Positions 45,780 to 64,000 of a stretch of 64,000 bases of DNA are shown in pieces. Below the pieces are notes generated by a model. It was not told the DNA's origin, ran no database searches, and was given only the letters and a program-made list of their open reading frames with translations. The position numbers and the translations under genes were made by a program. Each line of letters starts with the position of its first letter. Position 1 is the stretch's first letter. Source of the DNA: the human T2T-CHM13v2.0 reference genome, Homo sapiens. The stretch lies in NCBI RefSeq assembly GCF_009914755.1, contig NC_060926.1; one strand, 5' to 3'.

Positions 45780-46413
45780 CACTTGGGCGGCCTCTAATCT
45801 ACTTAAGGGGGATGGGAGGTGCTGTTGGCTGAACGGGGCCAACAGATGCAGGTCCCTTTAAGGTTGGAGGAAAGAAAGGCAATGGCTTTTCTGTAGGGGG
45901 AGGAAAAGGCTCCAGTCTGTCCTTATCCTCACTAGAAAAAATATACTCCTTATGCCCTACAGAAGGGAATCAAGTAGAGAGAGGAGCACCCCCGTGCTGT
46001 TCTGGTTCCTGTTTTTCCTCACTAGAAAAAATCTCTTCCTTATTCCCCATAGAAGGGAATGAAGCCTAGAGTGGAATCTCTCCCTTTAAATCTTCCAAAT
46101 TCCTTTCAGGTGGAGATAATGGGCGATCTGGTGGGTAAAGAGGATACCACGCAGAGCGTACCGGTGCCCAGGTGGCCAAAATAGTAGCGTTAATAAAATG
46201 ACCTTGCTCATTTCCTCTTTTCAGGCAGTGACCTACCTGCTTCCATAACCCTAAATCTAAGGTTCCGTGATCAGGAAACCAAGGGCATTTCTGCCAAATT
46301 AAAAGCATAAGCTTGTGTAGAGCTCCAGGATCTACAGTGCACTGGATAGCCTTAAGTAGCTGTTGCACTGTTTTAAAAAATACTTTCTGTTCTTTGGTCA
46401 TTTCCTGACCCAT
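45780..46413 (-). pseudogene. gag remnant (matrix + proline-rich region with PTAP late domain)
   Basis: MGQEMTKEQ...CPWFPDHGTLDL; CCAACAGCACCT (PTAP) at 45817-45828 on the minus strand. Confidence 0.82.
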
Positions 46414-46536
46414 GATAACCCAACCCCTGGTATTTTATGCATGGGTCCCATCCTCCTGATGGGAGTCAGGACTGTCCCTTACTGGGATTCCTCGAAAATT
46501 GATGAGCTCTCCTCCTTCACACATAACTTCAAGGTG

Positions 46537-46554
46537 ATCACGTCGAGGGCACCA
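46537..46554 (-). other. Primer binding site TGGTGCCCTCGACGTGAT
   Basis: Starts TGG two nt after the LTR terminal CA; tRNA identity ambiguous (Lys1,2-like or Met-like). Confidence 0.7.
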
Positions 46555-46556
46555 CT

Positions 46557-46972
46557 TGCAGAGCTTATAGCTTGCAGTGAATGCCAAGAATGAGTTCTCA
46601 GACAATTACAGCTGAGCAGGGCCGGTGAGGGGGTGGGGGGCAGCTCTTCTAAGAGAGTCCACCCCAGCATCATCCGTCCACCAAGTATTTATTGAAAGAG
46701 CTTGTTAAACCACAGATATCCACTAGATGGCTTTTTTGAGGTCTGGTCATGAGACACCTGTGGCCTTGTAAAAATGCTCAAACTGCGTTTCAGGAGGCTG
46801 TTTTCAGCATTCCTTATCATACTACACACTACACTCCGTATCCTGTTTTTAGGGTCAAGGAGTTACATTCTCATGCACAAATAACATACACACAGTGCCT
46901 CGGTATTTTTCCATGCCCCAACCTCAAATGCCATGTACATACGTATGAATATGTTGCCGTGTGCCCCCCACA
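46557..46972 (-). repeat. 5' LTR of provirus
   Basis: TGTGGGG...TGCA termini; adjacent PBS. Confidence 0.9.
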
Positions 46973-47780
46973 TTTTGAAGGAGAATTAGGTTAAGATCTG
47001 ATGTTATTTATTGGTGGTTACATTTTGTGATGAATAGGGCTAAATTAAGAAATTGGATGATGAATTTCAGAAATCTAGAATTGCCACACATCTAGATTTT
47101 TCAGTGAAGGTTTTTGATTTGTCAAGAATCTGTCTTAAGAACAATCTAGAGCAAGCAGAACTTGATGGAGGTGAGAGGCAGCTTATATCAGAGCCTGAGT
47201 CTTCATTTCTTTGAATCAACAGCTCTATTTCTCAGTTTTCAGAATAGCTGAGAGATGGGTGACATAAATAGGGATCTTCTTCAGATAATATCAGAGAAGT
47301 ATCAATTTAATGAGCAGTTACAAGAGTTAACCATACCATAGACAGAGCTGTTTGAAAAGATGTTGCCATGTGTCCAGAGGAGTCCAGGGGACAAAGTTAG
47401 GAACCAAACATCCCTGTCCAAATTGAAAGACAAGGGTAGCATTCAGCCATTGAGGCCAGACAGGAAGGCCAAAGCAGAATAATGGTTGGAGTAAGGAGAA
47501 ACACAAACCAGGTGGGCAGTTACACACAAAACAAAATTCTAGCACATAGTTGGGGATTAGAGTTCACACCAAGATTAAGACAACAGGTGGCCCCAGATCC
47601 AAATAAGCAGGTCAGGATATGCTGACCTGTTCCTTCCCCTGCTTTTCAGCCACCTTCCTGCTGTGCGCAGATGAAAACTAGGAGATACATGTTGCTTTCC
47701 ATTACTGTTGTTGGTCATGGTTGGGCAGTGCTAATGATTGTATTAGAGTGGAATGAGTTCGGTCCTCTGGGAACATCTTT

Positions 47781-53960
<6,180 letters not shown>

Positions 53961-54272
53961 AAACTTTATCCAGGAACATCTGTTCTTGCACAGTTGCGAT
54001 GTTTTGAGGCTTTTGGAGTCAGTGATGCTTTTTTTTTTTTTTTTTTAACAATTGTTTCATGTTTCCGTGACACTATTATTAGTATTTATTTTAGGTACAT
54101 TATGGGTTAACTGCTTTTGCAGCATTATTTCCTTGAAGAGAATAAATTTGAATTTCAAACACTTCAAGTTTTGGAACAAAAGAACTTGAAAGCATATTTA
54201 ATCAAGTTTCTTAGGTGGAAATGTTATGTTTTTATTAAATACTTAAAAGATAACAAGTGTTTTTAATTTTAG

Positions 54273-54377
54273 AGAAATTTTCAAGAAGAGCAGATAAATA
54301 CCAGAGATGCAAAAGCAATCGCTGCCTTAATAAGTGAAAAATTGGAAACTCTCCGAAATCAAGGCAAGAGGAATAAG
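54273..54377 (+). CDS. DNAJC10: DNAJC10 exon 23 (105 nt)
   Basis: tttag|AGAAAT ... AATAAG|gtatgg; RNFQEEQINTRDAK...QGKRNK. Confidence 0.96.
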
Positions 54378-54609
54378 GTATGGACTAAGCCTAGAGTTGA
54401 CTTTGGCAAAAGTTGGCAAAAGTTAGCAAAATCTATTTTTCCTATACATTACATGCATCCAGAGACAACAAAATGAGGCATCAAAAAATAGTAAGATAGC
54501 TGAAAATTCTACTTTGGGAAATAGGACAATCAAAATGTAGCCTAGACACTGAAATGCTTTTAAAAATTTGGACAAGTAAAACCACTTAACAAAAAATAGT
54601 GACTGTGGT

Positions 54610-55100
54610 CCATGCAAAAACATGTATACAAATATTTATAGCTGTATCATTCATAATAGCAAAAAAAAGAAATGTCTGTCAACTGACAGATAAATGAAAT
54701 GTGGTGTATCCATTGAATAGAATATTTTCAGCCATAAAAGGAATGAAGTACTGACCTATGCTACAACATGTTTGAACTCTGGAAAATGTTTAGTGAATGA
54801 AGCCAGTCACAAAGGCCAAATATTATATAATACTATTGATGTTAAATATCTAGAATAATCCATAGGGACAGAACGTAGGTTAATGGTTGCCTGGGGCCGA
54901 AGTGGAGTGGGATAGAAAAGAGCAAAAATGGGGTAACTGCTAATGGGTAGTAAGGAGTTTATTTTGGGAATATGGAAAAATGTTTTAAAATTAGATTGTA
55001 ATGACAGTTGGACAACTCTGAATATACCAAAAACCACTAAACTCCTTTAAATGTGGGAATTTTATGGTATGTGAAATATATCTCAACAAAGCCATTAAAA
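54610..55100 (+). mobile_element. L1MB-like 3' end
   Basis: gccataaaaggaatgaagtactga...aagccagtcacaaagg motifs; flanking direct repeat AAAAAATAGTGACTGTGG. Confidence 0.8.
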
Positions 55101-56077
55101 AAAAAATAGTGACTGTGGCCATAAATTATTTAAATTTTGTTCAAATGTAAATAAAGCATTGAATTGTTAGGAATAAATATACTGGAGCCTCATAACACGT
55201 TTTGAATAGCAAATTTTCTTTTGTTCTTGGTGTAATCAGAATGTATTGAAACCCATATTTGTGTTGGCCCCTCTTTGAATCTTTAATCTGTCAAGAAGCA
55301 GCACAACCTTTTTCCTGTTACTCTTCAGAAGGCAGTTCAGTTTTACCTTTTTCAAATCGGTGTTACTGTAGATCATACTTAAAAACAGAACAAAGAGTCT
55401 ATGAATGTTGTAGTGCTTTTAAAATGGAATTTAATACAATCACATGAGGTATCTCGGATTCTTTCCCTATGAGGCGAAAGGAGGACAAAATAGCTCAGCC
55501 TCTGGAAAGGGCTAGAGAAGACTGGCTTTATAGCACCATATTAGACAATAGGTTCTACTGTAATCCAGTTCAAACTGCAGACCCCAATAGACAAAGCCTT
55601 ACAACCTACCTCAAGAATATTTTTTACGAATCTGAAAGGTAGGAAAGAGTTATGAGTCTGTATTTTCTTGGTTCCACTGAACAAACATGTTTTTCTAGTG
55701 TTTCGCTATATTAGTTTTCTCAAGATATTTTATTTTGAAAGGTGTAACTTTTATCTCATTAAATATTTGAAATTTAAAAATTGTCATAATCTAAAATATC
55801 ATACCTGAAATTAAGTTAAAGAGAATACCCAATATGCTTGAAATTATGTAAACCTATATAGTTAGTAATATCTGCTGTGAGCAGGTAAGAACTAGGATAT
55901 TCTTTTCTTTTTTATTGTTATATTTTGGCAAAGTATATTTCATGTCATGATCCATTAAATAAGAATATTGAGTATTTCTGAAAAAGTAAAATGTTGGTTT
56001 GTGGTATTTCACCTTATTTTTAACATTACCAACTCATACTTTCTCCTTTCTCTATCGCCTTTACATTATTATTATAG

Positions 56078-56089
56078 GATGAACTTTGA
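56078..56089 (+). CDS. DNAJC10: DNAJC10 last exon, coding part: DEL-stop (completes KDEL)
   Basis: tatag|GATGAACTTTGA TAA. Confidence 0.96.
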   Translation, partial: DEL

Positions 56090-56245
56090 TAATGTTGAAG
56101 ATGAAGAAAAAGTTTAAAAGAAATTCTGACAGATGACATCAGAAGACACCTATTTAGAATGTTACATTTATGATGGGAATGAATGAACATTATCTTAGAC
56201 TTGCAGTTGTACTGCCAGAATTATCTACAGCACTGGTGTAAAAGA

Positions 56246-56464
56246 AGGGTCTGCAAACTTTTTCTGTAAAGGGCCGGTTTATAAATATTTTAGACTTTGC
56301 AGGCTATAATATATGGTTCACACATGAGAACAAGAATAGAGTCATCATGTATTCTTTGTTATTTGCTTTTAACAACCTTTAAAAAATATTAAAACGATTC
56401 TTAGCTCAGAGCCATACAAAAGTAGGCTGGATTCAGTCCATGGACCATAGATTGCTGTCCCCCT
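56246..56464 (-). mobile_element. MER58-family MITE inside the 3' UTR
   Basis: ggtctgcaaactttttctgtaaagggcc TIR; attcttagctcagagccatacaaaa motif. Confidence 0.72.
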
Positions 56465-57442
56465 CGACGGACTTATAATGTTTCAGGTGGCTGGCTTGAA
56501 CATGAGTCTGCTGTGCTATCTACATAAATGTCTAAGTTGTATAAAGTCCACTTTCCCTTCACGTTTTTTGGCTGACCTGAAAAGAGGTAACTTAGTTTTT
56601 GGTCACTTGTTCTCCTAAAAATGCTATCCCTAACCATATATTTATATTTCGTTTTAAAAACACCCATGATGTGGCACAGTAAACAAACCCTGTTATGCTG
56701 TATTATTATGAGGAGATTCTTCATTGTTTTCTTTCCTTCTCAAAGGTTGAAAAAATGCTTTTAATTTTTCACAGCCGAGAAACAGTGCAGCAGTATATGT
56801 GCACACAGTAAGTACACAAATTTGAGCAACAGTAAGTGCACAAATTCTGTAGTTTGCTGTATCATCCAGGAAAACCTGAGGGAAAAAAATTATAGCAATT
56901 AACTGGGCATTGTAGAGTATCCTAAATATGTTATCAAGTATTTAGAGTTCTATATTTTAAAGATATATGTGTTCATGTATTTTCTGAAATTGCTTTCATA
57001 GAAATTTTCCCACTGATAGTTGATTTTTGAGGCATCTAATATTTACATATTTGCCTTCTGAACTTTGTTTTGACCTGTATCCTTTATTTACATTGGGTTT
57101 TTCTTTCATAGTTTTGGTTTTTCACTCCTGTCCAGTCTATTTATTATTCAAATAGGAAAAATTACTTTACAGGTTGTTTTACTGTAGCTTATAATGATAC
57201 TGTAGTTATTCCAGTTACTAGTTTACTGTCAGAGGGCTGCCTTTTTCAGATAAATATTGACATAATAACTGAAGTTATTTTTATAAGAAAATCAAGTATA
57301 TAAATCTAGGAAAGGGATCTTCTAGTTTCTGTGTTGTTTAGACTCAAAGAATCACAAATTTGTCAGTAACATGTAGTTGTTTAGTTATAATTCAGAGTGT
57401 ACAGAATGGTAAAAATTCCAATCAGTCAAAAGAGGTCAATGA

Positions 57443-57448
57443 ATTAAA
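57443..57448 (+). terminator. Candidate poly(A) signal ATTAAA
   Basis: CA ~18 nt downstream, then U/GU-rich tttattgtgttttg. Confidence 0.55.
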
Positions 57449-58412
57449 AGGCTTGCAACTTTTTCAAAAACCTGTTAGAATATGCTTTATTGTGTTTTGA
57501 GGAGTTTTCCTTTTTTTCTTTTCAATATCACTTTATCCTCCAGTATTTCCTCATAAGGGTTATTATAGCCATAATTAATGTTAAAATAGACTTTGTTCTT
57601 CATATTCTCCCATCTTTTTCGCTACTATATACTCTGTCTGGATTCTGCTGTATGCCTGTTGGCATATATGGAACAGTCACCACTTGTCACACTTAACACC
57701 AGCTTTTTGAATTATGATCAGTAATGGCAAGAGCCTTTCATTCTCGAATGTTTAAAGCCTAGGAGTTCTACAAAATTGGCTTCTTTCTACAAGAATCCCA
57801 AAATGGAATGCCTAAAGAAGTCTTACTTGGGTAAATACTTACTAAAATATACTGGTTATGTGCATATCACCACACTGGACACTGAGGAGTGTTCAAAAGG
57901 AATCTAAGACATGGTCCCCATCTTCCAACTGTCTGTAATTCACTGTTTTGTCATTGAGCTCATAAGGTACTTACATTACTACCTATAAATGTTTCCTGTA
58001 CTTGTTAGTTGTTGAGAAACATTTTAGGCAGTAAATAAAATAGTAAATATTATGTGTCCTATAATTTGACCTAAGCTGTGTGCCTTTGGAATCAGCTCTA
58101 AGCCAGGGCCCCCCGGGAGTCATGTTAAGTAACACGTATCATAAAGTGACATACATCAAGGTTATCTTATATAGTCATAACAGTATTATTGGGTCTTTCA
58201 AAAACAGCTGGCAGATTGAGCTTTTAATGGCTATATTGATACAGTAGATAGAGCACCTCTAAGGAGTACCAGGTATAATGTGCCATTTCTCTCAGCAACA
58301 CCATTTTTGTGTGCAGCTGACCCTCTAACATGGTATCAATTCTAGCTGACCAAAGCACATTCTATCAGGCAGCCAGGCTTGGAAATTAGGTCCATTTAAA
58401 GTATGTGGCTTA

Positions 58413-58540
58413 CAGCCAGGTATGGTGGTGTGCGCCTATTGTCCCATCTACTTGAGAGGCTGAGGCAGGAGGGATTGCTTGGGCTCAGGATTTTGAATCC
58501 AGCCTGGGCAACATAGCAAGACCCCATCTCTAATAAATAA
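58413..58540 (+). mobile_element. FLAM/Alu monomer
   Basis: Single monomer ending accccatctc + (TAAA)n tail. Confidence 0.8.
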
Positions 58541-59117
58541 ATTATGTTTTGGGCATTAATGATGTTTGTCTATTCTGATTTCTCAAATTTTATTTAGGTC
58601 TTTCATAGCTTTTTTATTTAAAGGTATATGATTAAGATAAAGGAAAAGTAAAATGAAATGTTTATGTAATTTTATATTCTCAAAATTTTCTTTAAATTTG
58701 CTCTGTTTTCTGACAGTGCTCAAAGTGGGAATTTTTTTAGAAGTACGGTTATCAAAAAAACACATTTCCTATGGGACACACATTTCAAAGATGTTTAGTA
58801 CGATAAAATTTTTAGTAAAAGGGTAGCACTTTTAAGTCATTTGAATAGAATATTTGTGTAATATTTAGTCTAGTGTTAGTCCTTAAATCTGCCAACAAAA
58901 CCAGATAGATGTCTTAAAGTAGGCACATTTATTCCATTGTGACTGTTAAGAAATAATAAAAGATTAAATTAACAAAATGCATTTTAAATTTTTATGATAC
59001 CTATAGAAAATTGATAATGAAGATGAAAAGTAAATAACCTTTCTGATAATATTCTACTTTACACATATACTGAAAACTTACTTACATATACCCAAATTCT
59101 TCTAGTGAAGAAGTTTG

Positions 59118-59532
59118 TAATATGGTTTGAGTATTTGTCCCCTCCAAATCTCATGTTGAAATATGATCCCCAGTGTTGGATATGGGGCCTGGTGGGAGGT
59201 GTTTGGGTGATGGGGGCTGATCCCTCATAAATGGCTTTGTGCCTTCCCCAGTGGTAATGAGTTCCTGCTGTGTTTATTCCTGCAAGAGCTGGTTGTTAAA
59301 AGGAACTTGGCACCACCACCTCCACTCTTTCTCGCTCCTTCTCTGTGTGACATGCCTTCTCCCCCCGTGCCTTCTGCCATGAGTAAAAGCTCCCTGAGAC
59401 CTCACCAGAAGCTGAGCAGATGCTGGTGCCATGTTTTTACAGCCTGCAGAACTGCAAGTCAAATAAACGTTTTCTTTATAAGGTAACCAGTCCCAGGTAT
59501 TCCTTCATTGCAATGCAAAACAGACTAATACA
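59118..59532 (+). mobile_element. MSTB-like MaLR solo LTR
   Basis: atatggtttg...caaatctcatgttgaa...cagactaataca; AATAAA at 59462; GTTTG/GTTTC flanks. Confidence 0.85.
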
Positions 59533-59922
59533 GTTTCTTTTCAGTAAGAATTACAAAATTTAGGCCAATGACCAAGCTGAGTATAAATTACTAATCATAC
59601 ACAAAAATGTGTTTCACTGGCTTGAGTCATTTTTCTGTTTAACACTGAATTTACACTTAGATTCTTGTACTGTCACTGAGTCCCCTTGTAAACAGCTAGG
59701 TATATTTTGTGAATGGAAACTAGCCAAAAATACAGCCAAAGTCTCAACGCCAAACTGGTCTACATCAGTATGGACTCCAGAAATGCATCTTTCAACCACT
59801 TGATTGCATTAAGTAGTCATTTGAGTGCATCACCTAGTGGCCTTTGGTCCTGAAAGTTAGCAATCATCCCCAAAAAGGTCTGTGTTAATAACTGATAGAC
59901 AATCTTCATTAAGCAACTGCTG

Positions 59923-62126
59923 TTTTTTTTTTTAATACTTCAAGTTCTGCAATACATGTGCAGAACATGCAGGTTTGTTACATAGGTATACATGTGCCAT
60001 GGTGGTTTGCTGCACCCATCAACCTGTCATCTACATTAGGTATTTCTTCTAATGTTGTCCTTCCCCTTGCCCCCTACCCCGCCGACAGGCCCCATTGTTG
60101 ATGTTCCCCTCCCTGTGTCCATATGTTCTCATTGTTCAACTCCCACTTACGAGTGACAACATGTGGTGTTTGGTTTTCTGTTCCTGTTAGTTTGCTGAGA
60201 ATAATGGTTTCCGGCTTCATCCCTGTCCCTGCAAAGGACATGAACGCATCCTTTTTTATGGCTGCATAGTATTCCATGGTGTGTTTGTGCCCGTTTCTTT
60301 ATCCAGTCTAACATTGATGGGCATTTTGGTTGGTTCCAAGTGTTTCCTATTGTGAATAGTGCTCCAATAAACATACGTGTGCATGTGTCTTTATAGTAAA
60401 ATTATTTATAATCCTTTAGGTATATACCCAGTAACGGGATTGCTGGGTCAAATGGTATTTCTATTTCTAGATCCTTGAGGAATCGCCACACTGTCTTCCA
60501 CAATGGTTGAACAAATTTACACTCCCACTAACAGTGTAAAAGCATTCCTATTTCTCCACATCCTCTCCAGCATCTGTTGTTTCCTCACTTTTTAATGATC
60601 GCCATTCTAACTGATGTGACATGGTATCTCATTGTGTTTTTGATTTGCATTTCTCTAATGACCACTGATGATGAGCTTTTTTTCATATCTTTGTTGGCCA
60701 CCTAAATGTCTTCTTTTGAGAAGTGTCTGTTCATATCCTTTGCCCACTTTTAATGGGATTTTTTTCTTGTAAATTTAAGTTCCTTGTAGATTCTGGATAT
60801 TAGCCCTTTGTCAGATGGATAGATTGCAAAAAGTTTCTCCCATTCTGTAGGTTGCCTGTTCACTCTGATCATAGTTTCTTTTGCCATGCAGAAGCTCTTT
60901 AATTAGATCCCATTTATCTGTTTTGGCTTTTATTGCCATTGCTTTTGGTGTTCTAGTCATGAAGTCTTTGCCCATGCCTATGTCCTGAATGGTGTTGCCT
61001 AGGTTTTCTTCTAGGTTTTTTATGGTTTCAGACCTTACATTTAAGTCTTTAATCTATCAACTTAATTTTTATATAAGGTGTAAGGAAGGGGTCCCAGTTT
61101 CAGTTTTCTACATGTGGCTAGCCTGTTTTCCCAACATCATTTATTAAATAGGGAATCCTTTCCCCATTGCTTGTTTTTGTCAGGTTTGTCAAAGATCAGA
61201 TGGTTGTAGAAGTGTGGCGTTATTTCTGAGGGCTGTGTTCTGTTCCATTGGTCTATAGCTCTGTTTTGGTACCAGTACCATGCTGTTTTGGTTACTGAGC
61301 CTTGTAGTATAGTTCGTTCTTTTTGCTTAGGATTGCCTTGGCTATATGGGCTCTTTTTTTTTTGGTTCCATATGAAATTTAAAGTAGTTTTTTCCAATTC
61401 TGTGAAGAAAGTCAATGGTAGCTTGATGGGAATAGCATTGAATCTATAAATTACTTTGGGCAGTATGACTATTTCACAATATTAATTCTTCCTATCCATG
61501 AGCATGGAATGCTTTTTCCATTTGTTTCTGTCCTCTCTCATTTCCTTGAGCAGTGGTTTGTAGTTCTTGAAGAGGTCCTTCACGTCCCTTGTAAGTTGTA
61601 TTCCTAGGTATTTAATTCTCTTTGTAGCAATTGTGAATGGGAGTTCACTCACGATTTGGCTCTCTGTTTGTCAATTATTGGTGTATAGGAATGCTTGTGA
61701 TTTTTGCACATTAATTTTGTATCCTGAGACTTTGCTGAAGTTGCTTATCAGCTTAAGGAGTTTTTGGGCTGAGATGATGGGGTTTTCTAAATATACAATT
61801 ATGTCATCTGCAAACAGAGATAATTTGACTTCCTCTCTTCCTGTTTGAATACGCTTTCTTTCTCTTGCCTGATTGTCCTGGCCAGAACTTCCAGTACATA
61901 GGAGTGGTGAGAGAGGGCATCCTTGTCTTGTGCCGGTTTTCAAAGGGAATGCTTGCAGCTTTTGCCCATTCAGTATGATATTGGCTGTGGTTTTGTCATA
62001 AATAGCTCTTATTATTTTGAGATATGTTCCATCATATCTAGTTTTTTGAGTGTTTTTAGCATGAAAGGGTGTTAATTTTATCGAAGGCCTTTTCTGCATC
62101 TATTGAGATAATCATGTTTTTGTCAT
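59923..62126 (-). mobile_element. 5'-truncated L1PA (PA7-like)
   Basis: ORF2 RT and C-terminal fragments, 3' UTR, poly(T); TSD AACTGCT(G/A)TTT. Confidence 0.93.
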
Positions 62127-62996
62127 AACTGCTATTTCAAATGTTTGGAGGAAGTAAAATGTCTTTAAAAGAATAAGTGTTGATTTTTGGAAAATATGAA
62201 ATTGGAAACTTAGAAAACTTGAATTCTAAGTGGCTATTTATATTACCAAGCGGTAAAACATTAGCTAACTAAAACATGGTTCTGAAGCCAGTTAACTAGC
62301 AAAAAGTCCCACCTATGCATTGAAATATCTTTCTCAAGTCATTAGATAAAGTATATGGCGTTAAGGCAAAAAATACATATACACACACAAAAAAAATATT
62401 TCAGCAGCCACTGCCAACTGAAAGTAATAAAATGAAACAATTTGTTGGCTTTAATGTATTTAGGAAAAATCATTTATTTACAAAACATCTTCCCTTTCTT
62501 ATCATGAAAATTATGAAGATGAGGTAAAGTCTGTTCCATTTTTCCTCTATTTTTGAGAAATCTTAGATTTATCTTTACCAGTCTGTAACCCAGCTTTCTT
62601 GTTTTATATTTTAAATATACTTTCTATTTTGTGACAGGAGTGAAAAAATGTTTAATGATTTTAAACATGTTTATATATATTTTTCAGACTTGGAACAGCA
62701 GTATCTCATGTTTTACTATAAAAACTTGGGTATATTACTTGAAGATCAACTATATTGTTATTTTTAGTATGTTAGCAATTCATCTGTCAATAATCACCAA
62801 AGAACTCAAGAATGAATAACATGATCTATCAAAAGGCCTATAATCTCAATCTTCATGTTAAGACTTTGGAAAGTTAATTTGTATTAATTAACTAATATAA
62901 ATTAATCCTATCAAGTTAATTTGTAATAAATTCAAGATGCAAAAAGAAAACCTATTTCACTACCGAAATTAAATAAACTTTAAAATTCATTTTGTT

Positions 62997-63299
62997 GGCT
63001 GGGTGCAGTAGCTCACGCCCATAATCCCAGCACTTTGGGAGGCCAAGTGGAAGGATCACTTAAGGCCAGGAGTTCAAGACCAGCCTAGCCAACATAGTGA
63101 AACCCCATCTCTACTAAAAATACAAAAACTAGCTGGGCATGGAGGTGTGTGCCTGTAATCATCTACCCTGGAGGCTGAGACAGGAGAATTGCATGAACCC
63201 GGAGGCAAAGGTTGCAGTGAGCAGAGATCACACCACTGCCCTCCAGCCTGGGTGACGGAGTAAGACCCTGTCTAAAAAAAAACAAAACAACAAAAAAAA
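62997..63299 (+). mobile_element. Alu (S/J)
   Basis: Forward Alu with A-rich tail; TSD AAA(T/A)TCATTTTGTT. Confidence 0.93.
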
Positions 63300-64000
63300 T
63301 CATTTTGTTGGTATTTTATATAAACTTAAGAAACCTCCCCACACAAACACACACAGCCATATTGTCATCTCTGAAGATAGCAGCCACATGTGTCTTATTC
63401 CCTGCAGTGTTGGCAGAACCTAGCACATTGTTGACCCGTAGAAGCACAGTGTGTATTTCAATTGACAAACAGCCAGAAGTATTATACTGCTGACTGTGTT
63501 TAAAACTAATTTGCCAGAGTTCTACTGTGATAAGAATTTCTGACTAGAAATTATAAATTCATTGTTTTATGCCTTAAAAATTATAAATAATGATAAGTTT
63601 AATTTGCAGCCCTTATAGCTTAGAGGCATTGTAGTTGATATTATAGTAACCTTTTTAGATGTTAGTAACTTTTATTGTAAAATTTAAGGTAGCTCTACCT
63701 GCTAAAGTAGCACCTATTCTTTTGAAAGGAACTTTCTCAAAGGATTTTTAGGGCTTCATAATTTCTTGTTGCTCTGTGTAAATCCCTCTGATAGGCTTCC
63801 CTGAAGGATTTTAAGCAGAAATAACATCAGGTACCAGTAGATGGCAGTGAAAAATAAGCAGACACATTTTTCTGATAAAATGCCATTTCTACCTCAGTAC
63901 TTGATAAGAATCACACAGTCTAGTTGGCCTTTGTGTTTTCACTAAAAATATCCTGAATTATCAGTCAGTTATGTTTGACTATGAGAAATTGCAGAAAAGT

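Larger units (their letters stand above)
42311..46972 (-). mobile_element. Class II (betaretrovirus-like, HERV-K/HML supergroup) provirus, internally deleted
   Basis: Two ~400-bp LTRs, TTTTG TSD, PBS, PPT; gag MA (CPWFPDHGTLDL), RNase H (NIVSDSAY), integrase HHCC + WQTDVT, env (TWGQLKKL, fusion peptide, TM anchor). Confidence 0.92.
56090..57466 (+). other. DNAJC10: DNAJC10 3' UTR up to a probable proximal poly(A) site (may extend further)
   Basis: AU-rich sequence after the stop codon, ending near ATTAAA 57443. Confidence 0.65.

Overview
Primate (human-like) genomic DNA covering most of DNAJC10 (ERdj5/PDIA19, ER disulfide reductase and J-protein) on the + strand. Twenty coding exons were traced by hand with GT-AG boundaries and consistent phases, from GIYDDDPEII (962) to the stop codon (56089). 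They contain all four CXXC motifs (CSHC, CPPC, CHPC, CGPC) and the C-terminal KDEL, followed by 3' UTR. The J-domain exons lie upstream of the window. Exon numbers 5-24 and residue numbers follow my recollection of the human reference. The introns carry a Tigger1, about 13 Alu-family elements, three antisense L1PA elements (one full length with an open ORF0-like frame), a 4.7-kb deleted betaretrovirus-like provirus with both LTRs, and several MITEs. The most striking unexplained structure is a ~600-bp, ~94-95% identical inverted repeat of apparently unique sequence in intron 5 (2986-3589 / 6510-7111) that brackets the Tigger1. Repeat subfamily names come from recognition, not from a database search.
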